Part shown: positions 41,596 to 54,890 of the stretch, piece by piece
Position numbering within the stretch: the first letter of the stretch is position 1
Layout: every line of letters starts with the position of its first letter
DNA from: the human T2T-CHM13v2.0 reference genome, Homo sapiens
Assembly (NCBI RefSeq): GCF_009914755.1
Contig: NC_060930.1
Reading direction: 5' to 3' (one strand)
Length of the DNA stretch: 64,000 bases
Program-made: the position numbers and the translations under genes
The notes under the pieces: model-generated
What the model was told of the DNA's origin: nothing
The model's database searches: none
The model's input: only the letters and a program-made list of their open reading frames with translations

Positions 41596-42815
41596 TAAAC
41601 AAAGAACAAAATTCTTAAAGAAAGAGCACATTCTTTGTTTAAATGAGCTCTCCTGAAGCCCCCTATGTTGCCCTGAAACTGGTCTTTTACCTCTGGTTTG
41701 ATGCTGAACTCCATACTTTCCATAATATTACTTGAAATTTTAAGATCTGACTCCCCATAACAAAGGGAACTTTTGGTGATTTAGACATACATCGCTTTGA
41801 ACTAGCAATGTTGTAAAAGACATTGACATAACATGAAAGTACTATTATTGTGCAGATGTAAACTATAATTATGATCATAATTGTTTTCTGCAAAGGTCCC
41901 TTATCCAGTGGTAGAAATGGATTTAACCACAGCCTTTTTGTGACCTTTTCATCTTGGATGTCATACATGACCACAAAGACAATAAAAAATGAAACTACAT
42001 CTTCAATGCCATTATAATTTCACTGGGTAATGTAACCACTGTAACTAGCCTGTACATTGAGTTTAAATTATCTAGATTATGTTTCCTGCATTATGCCCCA
42101 TGCAGTATAATTAAGAAGAGGTATTAGGGGCTGCTTACCAAAGCTTGGTTTCCATGTCACCCATATATTTCACCTCCCCACAGTGGATGACTTTCCTAAA
42201 AAAATTATTTAAAAAAAGAGAGAGAGAGGGAAGCAATTTAACCAATGATTTTGTTTTTCATCTCCAAAGGGAGTTCCCCAGAGTCATTCAGCTGAATATT
42301 TTTTAAACTTTATACCATAAAGCATTAGCCTTTCTAGGTCATTGTACTGCATCTGAGCCTAAAATTAAAACCATAAATAGTTAAAGCCTTAACTTTCACA
42401 GCCTTGTAAAAGCTTGTGAAAATAGACATTTCCCTTCACCACTTACTGTGCTTATTTATGTAAGAAACAGCACTTTGAAAAATATGACTTAATAGGAAAG
42501 TCACCCAGAGTATAAGATATGGGAAAAACCAATTTAGATGTTTCCATTTTTCTTTTCCTTCTAATTACTCACTCCTTCTTAATATCAGGAATCATACTAT
42601 TCTTGATCCCATTTAAAGAGGGAGCAATAGGCCATCTCGAGCTAACAGTCAAATCAATGTTAAAATGTGAAAGGGGGTGGTAAGCCTAATATCTCCCATA
42701 GCACCCATTCCAATGCTGATCCACAGCAGATAACTAATAAATCTTGACTTCCTGACACAGAGTCTCACTTCCAGACCTTTTATTACTTGGCCTGCCTACA
42801 CAGCCACCATATCAA

Positions 42816-43268
42816 TTGTTCTGAAACAAACCTTCCTTAGCTTCCAGCATGCCTGACTGTTGGCAACTCAGCCCGCCTCCGTACTCACTCTCCCTCGTAA
42901 CACAGGGGCTGTACACATGGGAACTACATTTTCCAGAATCCTTGCTAGCTGGGTTTCTGATTAAAGTCCACCAATGAGAGACACTTTTGAAACTTTTGGG
43001 ACATTGAAGAAAAGCAGAAGACATACTTGTGTTCTTCCAGAAAAAGCAAAAGACATGTACCACAGCAGAAGTGAATCTTGGAGTGTGGAGGAAGCTATGG
43101 AAGCTGCTGGCATGCCCTGCAGGTCGGCAACTCCTGACTTTCTGAAAGCCTGGGGAGACCTTCTCAGTCCTTTATCCTCTATCCCTTCTAATGGTTTTGA
43201 AGCTCCCAGTTGCCTATATTATATCTATCTAGAGTGAAATACCATTCTCCCTGACAGAACTTGACATA
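42816..43268 (+). mobile_element. ERVL solo LTR (LTR41/LTR33 group)
   Basis: GAACTACATTTTCCAGAATCCTTGCTAGCTGGGTTTCTGATTA...CCAATGAGAGACACT core. Confidence 0.6.
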
Positions 43269-43349
43269 GTTAAATTATGTGGGAGAATATGAGTTGGGAG
43301 ACAGAAGTTACCCACATGAATCCACGTGGTATAGACCAGACTATTAGGA

Positions 43350-43600
43350 GGCAGAGCCATAAAGTAGCAAAATTGATGCCATCTAGAAAGATGCAAAATA
43401 CTCTGGAGTTGAACTGAGTAGGGGTTAAGTCAAACTCAATACTAATTCGCTGTTTGACTTTGAGGAAGTTACTTGATTTCAGTTTGCTCATTTGTAAAAT
43501 GAAGTTAATGATAGTACCTACCTTACAGGGTGGTTATGTGGTTTAGTGAACTAATGTTTGTAAAATGCATAGAATAGAGGCTGATATATGTTTACTACTA
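43350..43600 (+). mobile_element. MIR
   Basis: CAGTTTGCTCATTTGTAAAATG...ATAGTACCTACCTTACAGGGTGGTT. Confidence 0.85.
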
Positions 43601-44401
43601 AGATTTTTTTCTAAAGAAAATTTAAAAATTAATTAAAAGAAATACACATTTTGATATTTCCTTAAAAGTGGTCTCTTTTTAAGAAAATCAGTGTCAAACT
43701 AGGTACTGATTCCAATGCTTCAAGCATTACTAGAATGTGGACATTTCTGAAGTTGTGTTGAATGTGAATCTAGCAGTCACATTGGAAAATCAGCAATTGC
43801 ACAATTTGGAATATTCTTTTTCCCAGTGCAGGAAGCTCCCAAGCCTCAGTATTTCTGTCTATATTATGCAATTTGGCCATTCACCTTGTTCATGTGCTTT
43901 AACTCTGAATGATTTAGGGCTGCTTATACAAAATCAAACACACTCTCAAAGGATGAAACACTGCTACTTTCAAAGATGTTCAAAATAGCCTTGCAGAGAA
44001 TCCAAAGGGATCCCAACTGGGGAGTTGCAAATACATCCTAGACAATGACACCATCACTGGCATAAGCTTATGGTCTCAGAATAACTATTTTGAAAAGGAT
44101 AGAACTCTTTAGTTGATGCATTTAAAGAAAAATAATTTTCCTTGCTTATAAAAACCCATGAGTATGTAAGGGTTGTCCTTCATAAATTCTCAGGGATTGC
44201 GGAATAAAGAATAGCAAAACACAATTAAAAAAATAATAACACAAAACAGCTTCAAGGACAGAAAGTGTAAGCTGCAGGATCTTTCTCTGTTGCTGTTGTT
44301 CTTGTCACAGCTGGTGAAGGTTGCCAAGGTCGCCCTGTTAGGCACAGACAGCTGAAAGTTCAAGTTTGGGAAAATTTGGTTTAAAAAAGCAGGTCTTTTC
44401 A

Positions 44402-44450
44402 GTGACAGAGCAAGACCCTGTCTCAAAAAGCAAACAACAACAACAACAAA
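44402..44450 (+). mobile_element. Severely 5'-truncated Alu (last about 24 nt plus (CAA)n tail)
   Basis: GTGACAGAGCAAGACCCTGTCTCAAAAAGCAAACAACAACAACAAC. Confidence 0.8.
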
Positions 44451-45364
44451 TAACCAGATCTCCTCATACTGTAGCAACCTCATGTTTGACATTCTATGCT
44501 TTTCCTAGCAGACATTGCTCAGTTTTGCAAAATGAGGTACACTTTTTGTTCTTGGCAGATGCCACCAAGGGGAGAGAGAGGAAAAAATAATCTCTGTCTT
44601 GTTAGTTCTCTCAGGTGCAAAACGATTCCCTCTGGTTTCTAAGTGTTTCACTCATCAGTTGAGAAATTCAGCAAGAATATGTCAGGTAACCTAAAAAATA
44701 TTTTTCCAGGTGTTTATATCAGAAAATATTCTGTGGCAATTCTGTGGTCTGCAACAGCAGTTTGGAAATTTCTTGTGGCATAACCCCTCCGTATGCAGTT
44801 TCATGAGAAACTTGTTCTAGTTAATTAGTCTATTTCATTCCAGCTGAATGCACGTATCAGTAATTTATCAAGATGGTTCTTTAGAGCATGCCCAATTTCC
44901 TAATCCCATTCATTTTGGGAAAAATCTCAGATTAAGCACTGAGAAAATTTATTTTTTGTATTTGAAATTCTTATAAATGTAAATTTGAGAGTCATATATT
45001 TGAACATGTACAATGTCGTGCATGGTTTATGTAAAATTTGTAAAGAAAGAAAGGGGCTTTAGGTTTTTAAAATGCTTTGATGATTGTGCACAAAACTTAA
45101 GATTATTTTATATTTATGATTTTCTTGTGTTTTGCTAAGAATACCCTTATTTTTTATCATTCAGTAATTCAACAGACATTAGATGAATACCTACTAGGGA
45201 TTGGCACTCTGCTACTGGAGATAGAGAAAATTTAAATCCAGAGAGGAAAAATTTACACGTGCTGTGGGGAGGCAGTGAAGGGTGGAAAGTTATTGTATTA
45301 ATTATCAAGCAAGAGTCAATTACAGTGCTTTAAGTTTAAATACATTTCTCAAGCTCATGTGCCT

Positions 45365-45576
45365 GGAAAATTACAGTTTATCAGTGGTCAGCCAAATCCC
45401 CCCTGCTGCTTGTTTTTGTAAACAACGTTTTATTGGAACATAGCCAAACTCATTTATTTATATATTGCCTATGGTAACTTTCAGCTGCAAATACAGAGCT
45501 GAGCACCTAGAAAGAGAGTTATTGTAAAGCCTAAAATATCCACAATCTGTCCCTTCAGGGAAGTTTCTTTCCCCTG
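45365..45576 (+). mobile_element. MER58A-like MITE, degraded
   Basis: GCCAAATCC...TGTTTTTGTAAAC...TTTTATTGGAACATAGCC...TATATTGCCTATGG. Confidence 0.8.
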
Positions 45577-46524
45577 GTTTAGGTTAGTATAATCGAAAAT
45601 CAGGCATTTGAACACAGTTCCATCTGGCTACAAAGGCCCTTCCATCTTATTTTGTCAAAATGTCAGGGTCATAATATCCTAAGTTACTATTTTATTAGTA
45701 GTAAATATTTTCTATAAATTTCTTTTTAAACACTTTTTTTGATGTTGAACTAAAAACCTCCATCTCCAGAAATGATCAATCTTCAGGAATAGATTCTACT
45801 TTTGCACACACCATTTCAGAGAGGGAATGGCAGACTGGTAGCAATAAATAAAATCAGAGGGCAGAAGTAGATGATTTTGAAAGAATCTTTCTATTCCAAT
45901 ATCTCACTGTTCTATGTTTCTATAATAAAAATGGCATGGTCTAAAATTAAATATAGTGCTGCAGCTGGAGCAAACACACTGCACAATGGTTTTTGGAAAT
46001 CAATGAAAGATTGAGACTAACCTGCCTACAATTGCACGATTAAAAATCCAAGTGTTGCAAATCTTATTTTTCATAAGTAAGGATAACCCCTAAACAATAA
46101 CAAATTATTCAAAAAAATTTCAGAAAACATTAATGACAATAGCTTGGCAGCATTTGCAACCCATTTTTGAAACATTTATTAGATTCTAGCAGGTGAATAT
46201 GTTGTAAAAATTGCCCTTAAAGAATAAGATACAAAATATCAACAGCAGAGCAGATGGCAATAATTATTCCTTCAAATTATATAGTCCAAGTGACTCATTA
46301 AGACATATAGTTAAAGCTTTAACAGGGGCTTTAAACCTGAGAATGGGCTGGACATATCTACATTAAGAATTCTACTAGAAAACCTCCATTTAAATAACAG
46401 GTACAGTGCTAAGGGTAGAGGAATTGAAAAACAGGGAAGCAAATGGGAATAGTCATCATGTTATTCTTTAGGCTGCTGTAATTACATCTCTGTTTGCAAT
46501 GAAACTTGGGAGCATCTTTCTTGT

Positions 46525-46730
46525 CCATTCATTAGTTCAACAAGCATTTATTGAAGACCTACTCTTTGCCAAACACTGAGTTAGGTGCCGGAAATACAAT
46601 GGAGAACAAAGCAAACTTACTCCTCACTTCACAGTGCCTGTGGTTTAGTAGGTGAAGAGAAGCACTGAGAAATTATAATAAAGTATGATATGCTAATGGG
46701 TGTAGGGAAATATAGAATCCTGTAAGAAAG
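46525..46730 (-). mobile_element. L2 3' terminus
   Basis: CATTCATTAGTTCAACAAGCATTTATTGAAGACCTACT. Confidence 0.8.
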
Positions 46731-47119
46731 GATCCATTTGAAAATGTGGATAAATGTAGAGTCATGCATCCAGAAGAAATCATCAGTATAAGTAGATGCT
46801 AAGCAGGTGATAAAAATAAAGTGCCAAATCCAAAGGTGACGGAATCCATTTATGTCTGCAAAGCAATGACATACGATGGGTAATTGGCAAGGAATAATGT
46901 GTTTGCCATGGAAACCGAGAAGGAAAATTTTACTATAATCATTAGGTACAATGCTAATTCACACTGATAATGTTAAAACATTTTAAACATCTTAAGTAAG
47001 ATGAATGCCTCAAGAATTCGCCTGGTTTACTCTCTCTGAAAATCCATCTCTTCCAGAACAGAGTAGAATTCAGTTATTCAATTTGAGAAGTATAATCTTA
47101 ACAAATATTACTGGCATGT

Positions 47120-49805
47120 ATAACATACTTGTTTATTTTAGTGAAAAATGAAACAAAACTAACACCTGTGTACACCTAACCAGCCTAAGAAATACTTTAC
47201 AAATATCCTTTCTTAAATTCTCCCCCTCCCAGAGGTAAACTCTCTCTTAAATTTTAAGCAAATCATTTTGTTTTTATAATGTTACCTCATTTCTAAGTAA
47301 TGCCTAAACAATATATTGTTTAGTTTTGCTTATTTTTACACTTTTTATAAATGTAATCATTCTGCGTGTTATTTTCTAAGAACTGATTTTCTTTTGTGCA
47401 AAAGATATTTTTTTGAGAACAATCAGGTTGAATGATGAAGCTGAAGTTTATTTACTTTCATTGATTTTTTTACTACCTTCATATGGCTCAATTTTGGAAA
47501 AGTGGACATTTATATGATATAGTGTTTTCCTATCTATGAAAATTATAAATTATTAATTTAATTAGATCATCTTTACTGCCTTTAAATATAAATTGTTATA
47601 ATTTTCTTCATAAAGCTCTTGTAATCTTTTGTCAGGATATTCTTAGTGACCTTATATTTTAGTTAATGTAAATATTACCAATTTAGCTTCATTGTTCATG
47701 TTTTCTTAAGTAGTATTTTGTTATTCAATAATATATACTTTAAAAATTTAATTATAAATTTTTCTTTAACCCACAATTATTTAGAAGTATACTTTTAATT
47801 ACAAACAAATGAAATTTTTCTTATTCATTTCTAACAATAGCATTGATGTTAGAGAATGTGGTAAATATGATACTGATTCTTTGAAATTTGTTGAATCTTG
47901 ATATAAGGTCCAGATCATAGTCAATTTCCATCAATGTTTCATTTGAGCTTAAAAATATGTGTATGTTCTCACTCTCAGTGCATGATTCCTAGTAGAGTAA
48001 ATTTGTTCATTGTGTTGTTGAAATATTCCATTATTACTGCTTTTTTTCTGCTACATTTATCAATTATTGAGAGAAGTTCAAATCTTTCACTACAATAGTA
48101 AATTTTTAATTTATTTTCATATTTCTGCCAGTTTTGGCTTTATACATTTTGAAGTTATGCTATTAAGAATATATCAGAATTGTTGCATCTTTCTGATAGC
48201 TTGAGCCTTTTTGTCAACGTGTAAGGATCCTCTTTATCTCTTAGTAAAGGCTTTGCCTTGATGTCTTTTGTTCCCCCAATATCAATATAATTTTACCTGC
48301 CTTTGGTTATTATTGGCTGACTTGTATTTTTCTATTAGTTTACATTCATCCTTTGTCTATCATTATGTTTAGGATGTATATCTTATAAACAGCATATAGT
48401 TGTATTTAAAAAATGCAATATGGCTATTTTAACCAACCAGTTCAGTGAATTTACATCGATTGTGATTTCTAATATATTTGGATTATTTGTACCCTCTTAT
48501 TTTGTGCTTTTTTATTGTTTTTAATGTTTCTTTTTTTATTACTCTTTTTTGCTTTGTTTGGTACTGAGTTTTCTTCAAACCTTTCCTCTCTTAGTTTGAA
48601 ATTATGTGCACAATTTCTATTCTATTTCTTTTTAGTTTTTATTTTTTCAGAGATAAGGTCTTGCTCTGTCACCTAGGGTAGAGTGCAGTGCCATGATCAT
48701 AGCTCTTTGCAACCTTGACCTCCTGGGTTCAAGAAATCCTCCCACTTCAGCCCCCTGAGGCCTACAGGTGTGCACCACCGTGCCCAACTAATTTTTTTAT
48801 TTTGTAGAGATGAGATCTTGCTATGTTGTCTAGGCTGGTCTGAGACTCCTGACACCAAGTGATCCTCCTGTCTTGGCCTCTCTAAGTACTGGGATTACAG
48901 GTGTGAGCTACCATGCTTGGCCCTATTTCTTTATTTTTAATGGGTACTCTAGAAATGTTTATGTGCATATTTAACTCAGAAAAGCTTGAAGTTTATCAAT
49001 ATTTTCACCTTTCCCCCAAACAAGTAAAGAAAATTTTATATTGATATGCTACTTTCCACATATATACTAACTTTGCCCAATCTTTTAGCTCAATCTTGAC
49101 ACATTTACCCTATCATTAGATTTTTTTATATAATCAGTGATTATTTAATATTTACCAGAGAGTTTATATTCTCTTTTATTCATGTTTCTTTTAGTATCTC
49201 ACACCTTCCTTTTGAGGTCATTTTTTTTCTTCTTGAATTACATTCATTAGCTCCTCCTTTATTATTAATTCATCTTTACTAAACTCAGTATAGTTTTGGT
49301 CTCAAATGTCACTATTTTACCCTTATTCAAAAGAGTTTTTTTTTCTGGATATAGAATTCCATGTTGACAGTGTTATATACTTCAGTGCATTAAAGATAAT
49401 TGTATTCTACCATGCATAGTTGTTGAAATATCACTTTAAATTTTGTTCCATTGGGTGTTCTTTTCCTCTCTAGCTGCTTTTAAACCGTTTTCTTTGTCTT
49501 TAGTGTTTTATAATTTCAATATAAATATTTGGATATGGATATCTTTTTATTTCAACTGCTTGAATTCCTTTGGACCTCATGACTCTGAGAAATTGAGGCA
49601 TTTATAAATTCTGGAATAGTCTTAGTTTTGTTTTCCAATATTATGTTTCCGCCATTGTTTCTGTTCTTTCCATCTGGGACTATGATTAAAGGTTTGTTAA
49701 ATTTTCTCACTTTGTCCTGTATGTCCCTTAGCCTCTCTTTCATAATTTATATTTCTTTGTTTCAAAGTGCAGTGTTCAATAATTTCTTCAGCTTGATTTC
49801 TCAGA
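47120..49805 (-). mobile_element. Very old L1 (L1ME-like), internally deleted: 3' end, ORF2 pieces, ORF1 remnant
   Basis: T-rich plus strand. Minus ORF 49552-49743 (ERLRDIQDKVRKFNKPLIIVPDG...HEVQR) matches the L1 ORF1p RRM region. Confidence 0.75.
48630..48922 (-). mobile_element. AluJ
   Basis: Diverged dimer (GATCATAGCTC, CTATGTTGTCTAGGCTGG). TSD CTATTTCTTT. Confidence 0.9.
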
Positions 49806-50290
49806 AATTTCTTCCCTCAAAAAATTTGTATGGGTCAGGAGTCAGGCATAACTTAACTGGGTATTCTGCTTCAGAGCTGGAGCTGTGGTCTTAGCTCAAG
49901 GTTGAGCTAGGGAAGGGTCCATTTCCAAGCTCACATTGTTGTCAGTGGATTGAGTTCCTTGTTGTTGTAGTATTGGGGCCTCCATTTAGTGCTGGCTGCC
50001 AGCCGGAGGTGCCCTCAGCTCCTAGAGGCTACCCTTAGCTCCTTGCCCTGTGGGCTTTCCAATCATGGATCTTTCTTTATCAAAGCCAGCAATGACGAGA
50101 GGCTCTTTGCAAGACAGAGGTCACAGTCTTATATAATATAATCACAGAAGTGGCATCCCACCATTCTTGCTGTATTCTGTTGTTTTAAAACAAGTTGCAA
50201 GCCCCACCCACCCTCAAGGACGAGGGTCACAGAAGGACATGAACATCAGAAGTTCGGAATTGTGAGGGCTACCACAATTTGTCCACCAAA
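49806..50290 (-). mobile_element. MLT1 (F-like) LTR
   Basis: GGGTCAGGAGTCAGGCATAACTTAACTGGG, GAAGGGTCCATTTCCAAGCTCAC, GAAGTGGCATCCCACCA. Confidence 0.75.
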
Positions 50291-51192
50291 TATACTTTTT
50301 TAGCTTATTTATTTTTGCTACTATATCTGATTTTATAAACTTTAAAATGAGAAACAGAATGCATCATTATAAGAGAGGGAGCTGAAATTTCTTCTGTTCT
50401 CTCCATTCCTTTGTCTTTGTCTGGATTTCTGTACTATTCTTCTAACTGGTCTCTTACCTTTAATCTGACTTCCTTCTAATCCATTCCGCACACTGCAGCC
50501 TATAAGATCTTTTAACATGGTATATCTGAATGTGGAGCAGCTCTGTTTACACCTTTCAATGGCTTCACTCAGTCTTGGGATCCAGTCTGAACTCCAGGTC
50601 TTGCTTAGTCCTAGAACTTTATATTTATACAGTTGTATTTCTCACCACTGTCCCCTCCTTACCCTCTCTCCACTTTTATTGAATTACTTGCAGCTCACTT
50701 ATTCAACAAAACATTATTGAGCATATACTTGAAGGCTCTAGGAACCAATAGTAAACTGTCAAAGCAAGTATCTTCGTTTCTGAAAATTAAATGCTGTTCA
50801 TGGAGACAAATAATAAACAAGTTGGAAAAATAAATGAATACACAACTAAACAATCATATAAATGCATATTTCTTAGATCACGAAGAGGATATGAAGATAA
50901 TGCAGGGGCTAGGGATGTCAAAGTGACGGGGATGGATTGGCCTGTGCCTGGTTTAGATAAGGTTGTTAGGACAGGCCTCTGTAGGAAAGAGCTAGCCGAG
51001 GACAGATTGGATTGATGAGTTGGAAGCATCCATGGGAAGGTTTGAGGGAAATGCAAGTATATAGGCCATAAGTCAGATGAAGCTTGCTGAACACCTGCAG
51101 GCTTATGTGGCTGGAACAGAGTAAGGGGAAAGCATTAAAAGATATGACCAGGTGGGGCAGAAAGGGTCTTTGTGGCTTTGATTAGTGTCTGC

Positions 51193-51641
51193 AGTATATC
51201 TCTGTGTCCCTTGAAACCTTTGCCACCTGGTCCCTGCCCTGAAGGCTGATCTATGTAGGTTGCATCCATAGGCTCCCTGGCAGGAAATGCAAAGCCACAA
51301 GCGGGAAATCTGCAGTAGGGAGAAGGCAGTTGGGAATTTATTGTATTGATTATCTGCTTGAGGGGTTGCTATGGCTGTCTGTGTCCTTGACTCAAGGTCA
51401 CAGATACTATCAAGCAGCTCTCTCTTTGCAACTGTCTCTCTCTCTTTTTTTCCCCCCAGATTTCCAACTCCTCCTTTCTTTGATCCTTCAGAACAAACAG
51501 TGATACAGTCTCCCCTCCTTACTAGCCTTGGGGTAATGATCTATAAGCCATGTTTTCCCCAACATTCCCTTTATCAAAGTCTTTTATACAACCCCAGTTT
51601 GAATGTTCTGTTTCTTTCCTTTAGAGGTGCTAACTAATGCA
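51193..51641 (+). mobile_element. ERVL solo LTR (LTR33-like)
   Basis: GGCTGATCTATGTAGGTTGCATC, TGGCTGTCTGTGTCCTTGACTCAAGGTCACAG, ends GCTAACTAATGCA. Confidence 0.6.
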
Positions 51642-51662
51642 GTAAGGAACTTGGATTGTTTT

Positions 51663-51994
51663 TTTTTTAATTTTATTATTATTATACTTTAAGTTTTAGG
51701 GTATATGTGCACAGTGTGAAGGTTTGTTACATATGTATACATGTGCCATGTTGGTGTGCTGCACCCATTAACTCATCATTTAGCGTTAGGTATATCTCCT
51801 AATGCTATCTCTTCCCCCTCCCCCCACCCCACAACAGGCCCCGGAGTGTGACGTTCCCCTTCCTGTGTCCATGTGTTCTCATTGTTCAATTCCCACCTAT
51901 GAGTGAGAACATGCGGTGTTTGGTTTTTTGTCCTTGTGATAGTTTGCTGAGAATGATGGTTTCCAGTTTCATCCATGTCCCTACAAAGGACATA
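51663..51994 (-). mobile_element. Young L1PA 3' end (about L1PA3-5), 5'-truncated
   Basis: TTATTATACTTTAAGTTTTAGGGTA...CCCACCTATGAGTGAGAACATGCGG. Perfect 15-bp TSD AACTTGGATTGTTTT at 51648-51662 and 51995-52009. Confidence 0.96.
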
Positions 51995-54313
51995 AACTTG
52001 GATTGTTTTACTTGAAAAGCTCCTGGAGGGTTTGAAGGGGGAAAGTTGCATAATATAAATTACACCTTAAAGAGCACTCTACCTCCCACATGGAAAATAT
52101 AAGCTGGGTGGGAGCAAGACTCAGGACAGTACTTAAGAGGGCATTACAGAGGCTCAGGTGAGCAATAATTATAATCTTGCTAGTGAGGAACAGTGTAGGT
52201 AGGAAGAAGTAGCTGGATTTGGATACATTTTGAAGGTAGAGATGAAAAGGTTACATAGATATTGGATGAGAAAGATGAGGATAAAGAATCCAAGGACTCT
52301 TAAATTTTTGGCCAAAGCAAAGGAAAGAATAGTGGAAGAGTTACCTAAGAAGCGAAGCAGATTTTCAATGAGGTTTTAAAAAAAAGATTTTGATTTTGGG
52401 GAAGTTAGTTTTGTGATGCTTATTAGACATCTAAATGGAATACCCATGAAGAAATTATATCTAGATGAATGGAAGCAGTGGAGGTAGGTTACAGAGCTGT
52501 AAATGTGGGGGATGACGGAACATAGATGGGATTTGAAGCTATGGGACTCTATGAGGTCACCAAGCGAGTCAATAGATAGAGAAAGGATTGGCTTTTAAAA
52601 GTTGGGAAGATGAAGAAAAACCATAAAAAGGGGATAAGAAGTAGCAGCCTGGTTAGTATCAAAAACTCAAGTGAGTCAGGATTCTGGAGGTCAAATTAAG
52701 AATGGAATAGTCAATGTGTCAATTGATGGAATTTGGGAAGAGTGAGTTCATTGGTGACCTTGTCACTAATGTTGGTGGAGTGAGATGAGCAAAAGCTTAA
52801 TTGGAGTGAGTTCAAAAGAAAAAAATCAAGGATTTTGCAATAAATGTGAGCAAAAGAATAAGATGTGATTTTTGCAAGGGGATGAAAGTCAAGAGAATTT
52901 TTTTTAAATAGGAGATATTGTGGCATGATCCTCTTTGCCTGTGTTTTAATCTAATTCTTGTCTTTGAAAACTCAAGTAGTTTTTCTAGAAGTTAAGTATG
53001 GGCAGGATGTAGGGAAACTACAGTTCTAGTAGTAGCTCATTACTTCAGGGTTAGTATATAGGGAGACTTTATCACTCCTAGCCCAAAGGGGCATTGGGAG
53101 AAGTGGCTCCTGTATCCTCAGTGGGGTTTGATATCAGCCTAGATGACTCTAAGACACTGTGTGTTTATCATTCACAGAATTATATCACACTGAATTGGAG
53201 GATGTGTGACTAGTGCTGGGCACTATCTAGGTTACTCAGTCAAGTTATTATATCAACATACTACAATAAAAATATATCACTGCAGCCATTTACACACAAG
53301 GGACCCAGATTTTTATTTGGCAGTAAGATCTGGAAATGATATTTTCAGTTCTATACTCAGAAATCATTTACTGAATAACTGAAGACAGGCCATGCCCCAA
53401 ACAAGGAAGGCTGGATATTTTTGTATTTGTTTTGGTTCCTAAATAACCCTTCCTCCTCTATACAAAGATCCCTTTTTACATCTCAGAAGAATATTTGACC
53501 AGACATCAGCTTGCCAGAAAACAGAAGAATAGAAGAGTATTAAGTAGATAAATGTCAAAGACAATCTGCACAAAATAAAAATAGATTAATTTACATATGA
53601 ATATATTACAATAATCTTTAGAAAGTTTCCCAAGATAGAAAAGAAAAAAAAAGCAGGATAGAGATATTATATAACATACCAAGATAATATATCAATGACT
53701 GAAGTTACCTCAAAGTTCTAGAGTAGAAAATACACTGCACATCCAAGCAATTGTTTAGAAGAGAAACAAAGGAATATTTCATTCCTGATTATGCTATGGC
53801 AAAAGATTTTTAATATTGTTAGTCAAATATAGGAGAGGACGGCTCAGAGAGGCTGGATGTGTGCATGGATTAGAAGAAAAATTAGAATGAACTGGACAGA
53901 AATAAATATTACAGAAAAGGGTACAACGAAAATGAATGGTGGTAGTGGTAAGGTAATTTGAGCTTATTTCATTGATAAAGCATTGATAGTCCATGTCTAT
54001 TTTAATGTAAGCTTTTACAATAGAGTTCCCCAAAGGAAGAATTAATTGTCTCTTGAGCTGTGCTGCTGCAATATTTTCTTATCTATCGCAGCTATAGTTC
54101 TCTTGGCTTAGCACTCCAATTACTCTGTAATTTTTTGTTGTCGGTCTATCAACACCAAAAGTTATGAGTTCCTTCAGAGGACTTTTTATTCCTTTAATTA
54201 TTAGCTTCTATGAGACTACCTGGCACAAAGTATATACTCAGTGGTAAATGTTTGCTAAATTAACTGTAGAATAAGTATATACCGCCCCCCATGCAACCAC
54301 ACCCACATATATA

Positions 54314-54671
54314 CAATCATGTGCTGCATAACAACATTTCAGTCAATGACAGACTGCATTATACAACAGTGATTCCATAAGATTACAATACCATATTTTT
54401 GTTATACCTTGCTATACCTTTCTTTATTTAGATATGCAAATGCTTATCACTGTAATATAACTGCCTACAGTATTCAGTACAGGAACATTTTGTACGGATT
54501 TGTAGTTTAGGAGCAATAGGCTATAGCATATAGCCAAAGTGTGTATTAGGCTATATCATTTCAGTTTGTGTAAGTGCACTGTACGGTGTTTGCACAGTGA
54601 CAAAATCATCTAATGATGCATTTCTCAGAACATTTCTCTGTCATTAGATGACTCATGACTACATATGACTG
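54314..54671 (+). mobile_element. Tigger3a (MER7-type) TcMar MITE
   Basis: TA|CAATCATGTGCTGCATAACAACATTTCAGTCAATGAC start, CATTTCTCAGAAC...CATGACT end, TA flanks. Confidence 0.88.
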
Positions 54672-54858
54672 TATATAGTATATATACTATACACATACAC
54701 ATAGAGTAGAAAATATATCACATATATATGCAGTATATTTCATATACATACATGCACATATACATATATACACACAATTATTCTTTAAAATCAAATGATA
54801 AAGACTCATGAACATTGAAGAATACTAAACTACTGTAGAAAAACATATAATTGTGATA

Positions 54859-54890
54859 GGATGAGGATGAGGATGATGATGATGATGACG
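54859..54890. repeat. (GGAT/GAT)n microsatellite
   Basis: GGATGAGGATGAGGATGATGATGATGATGACG. Confidence 0.8.

Larger units (their letters stand above)
50693..52925 (-). mobile_element. L2, interrupted by an ERVL LTR and an L1PA
   Basis: CTCACTTATTCAACAAAACATTATTGAGC terminus. L2 body resumes after 52010 (GGATACATTTTGAAGGTAGAG, CATTGGTGACCTTG). Confidence 0.75.

Noticed and set aside
49552-49743. ORF1p-like peptide as a domesticated gene
   Set aside because: 63-codon remnant inside a decayed L1, with no start context and disrupted flanks
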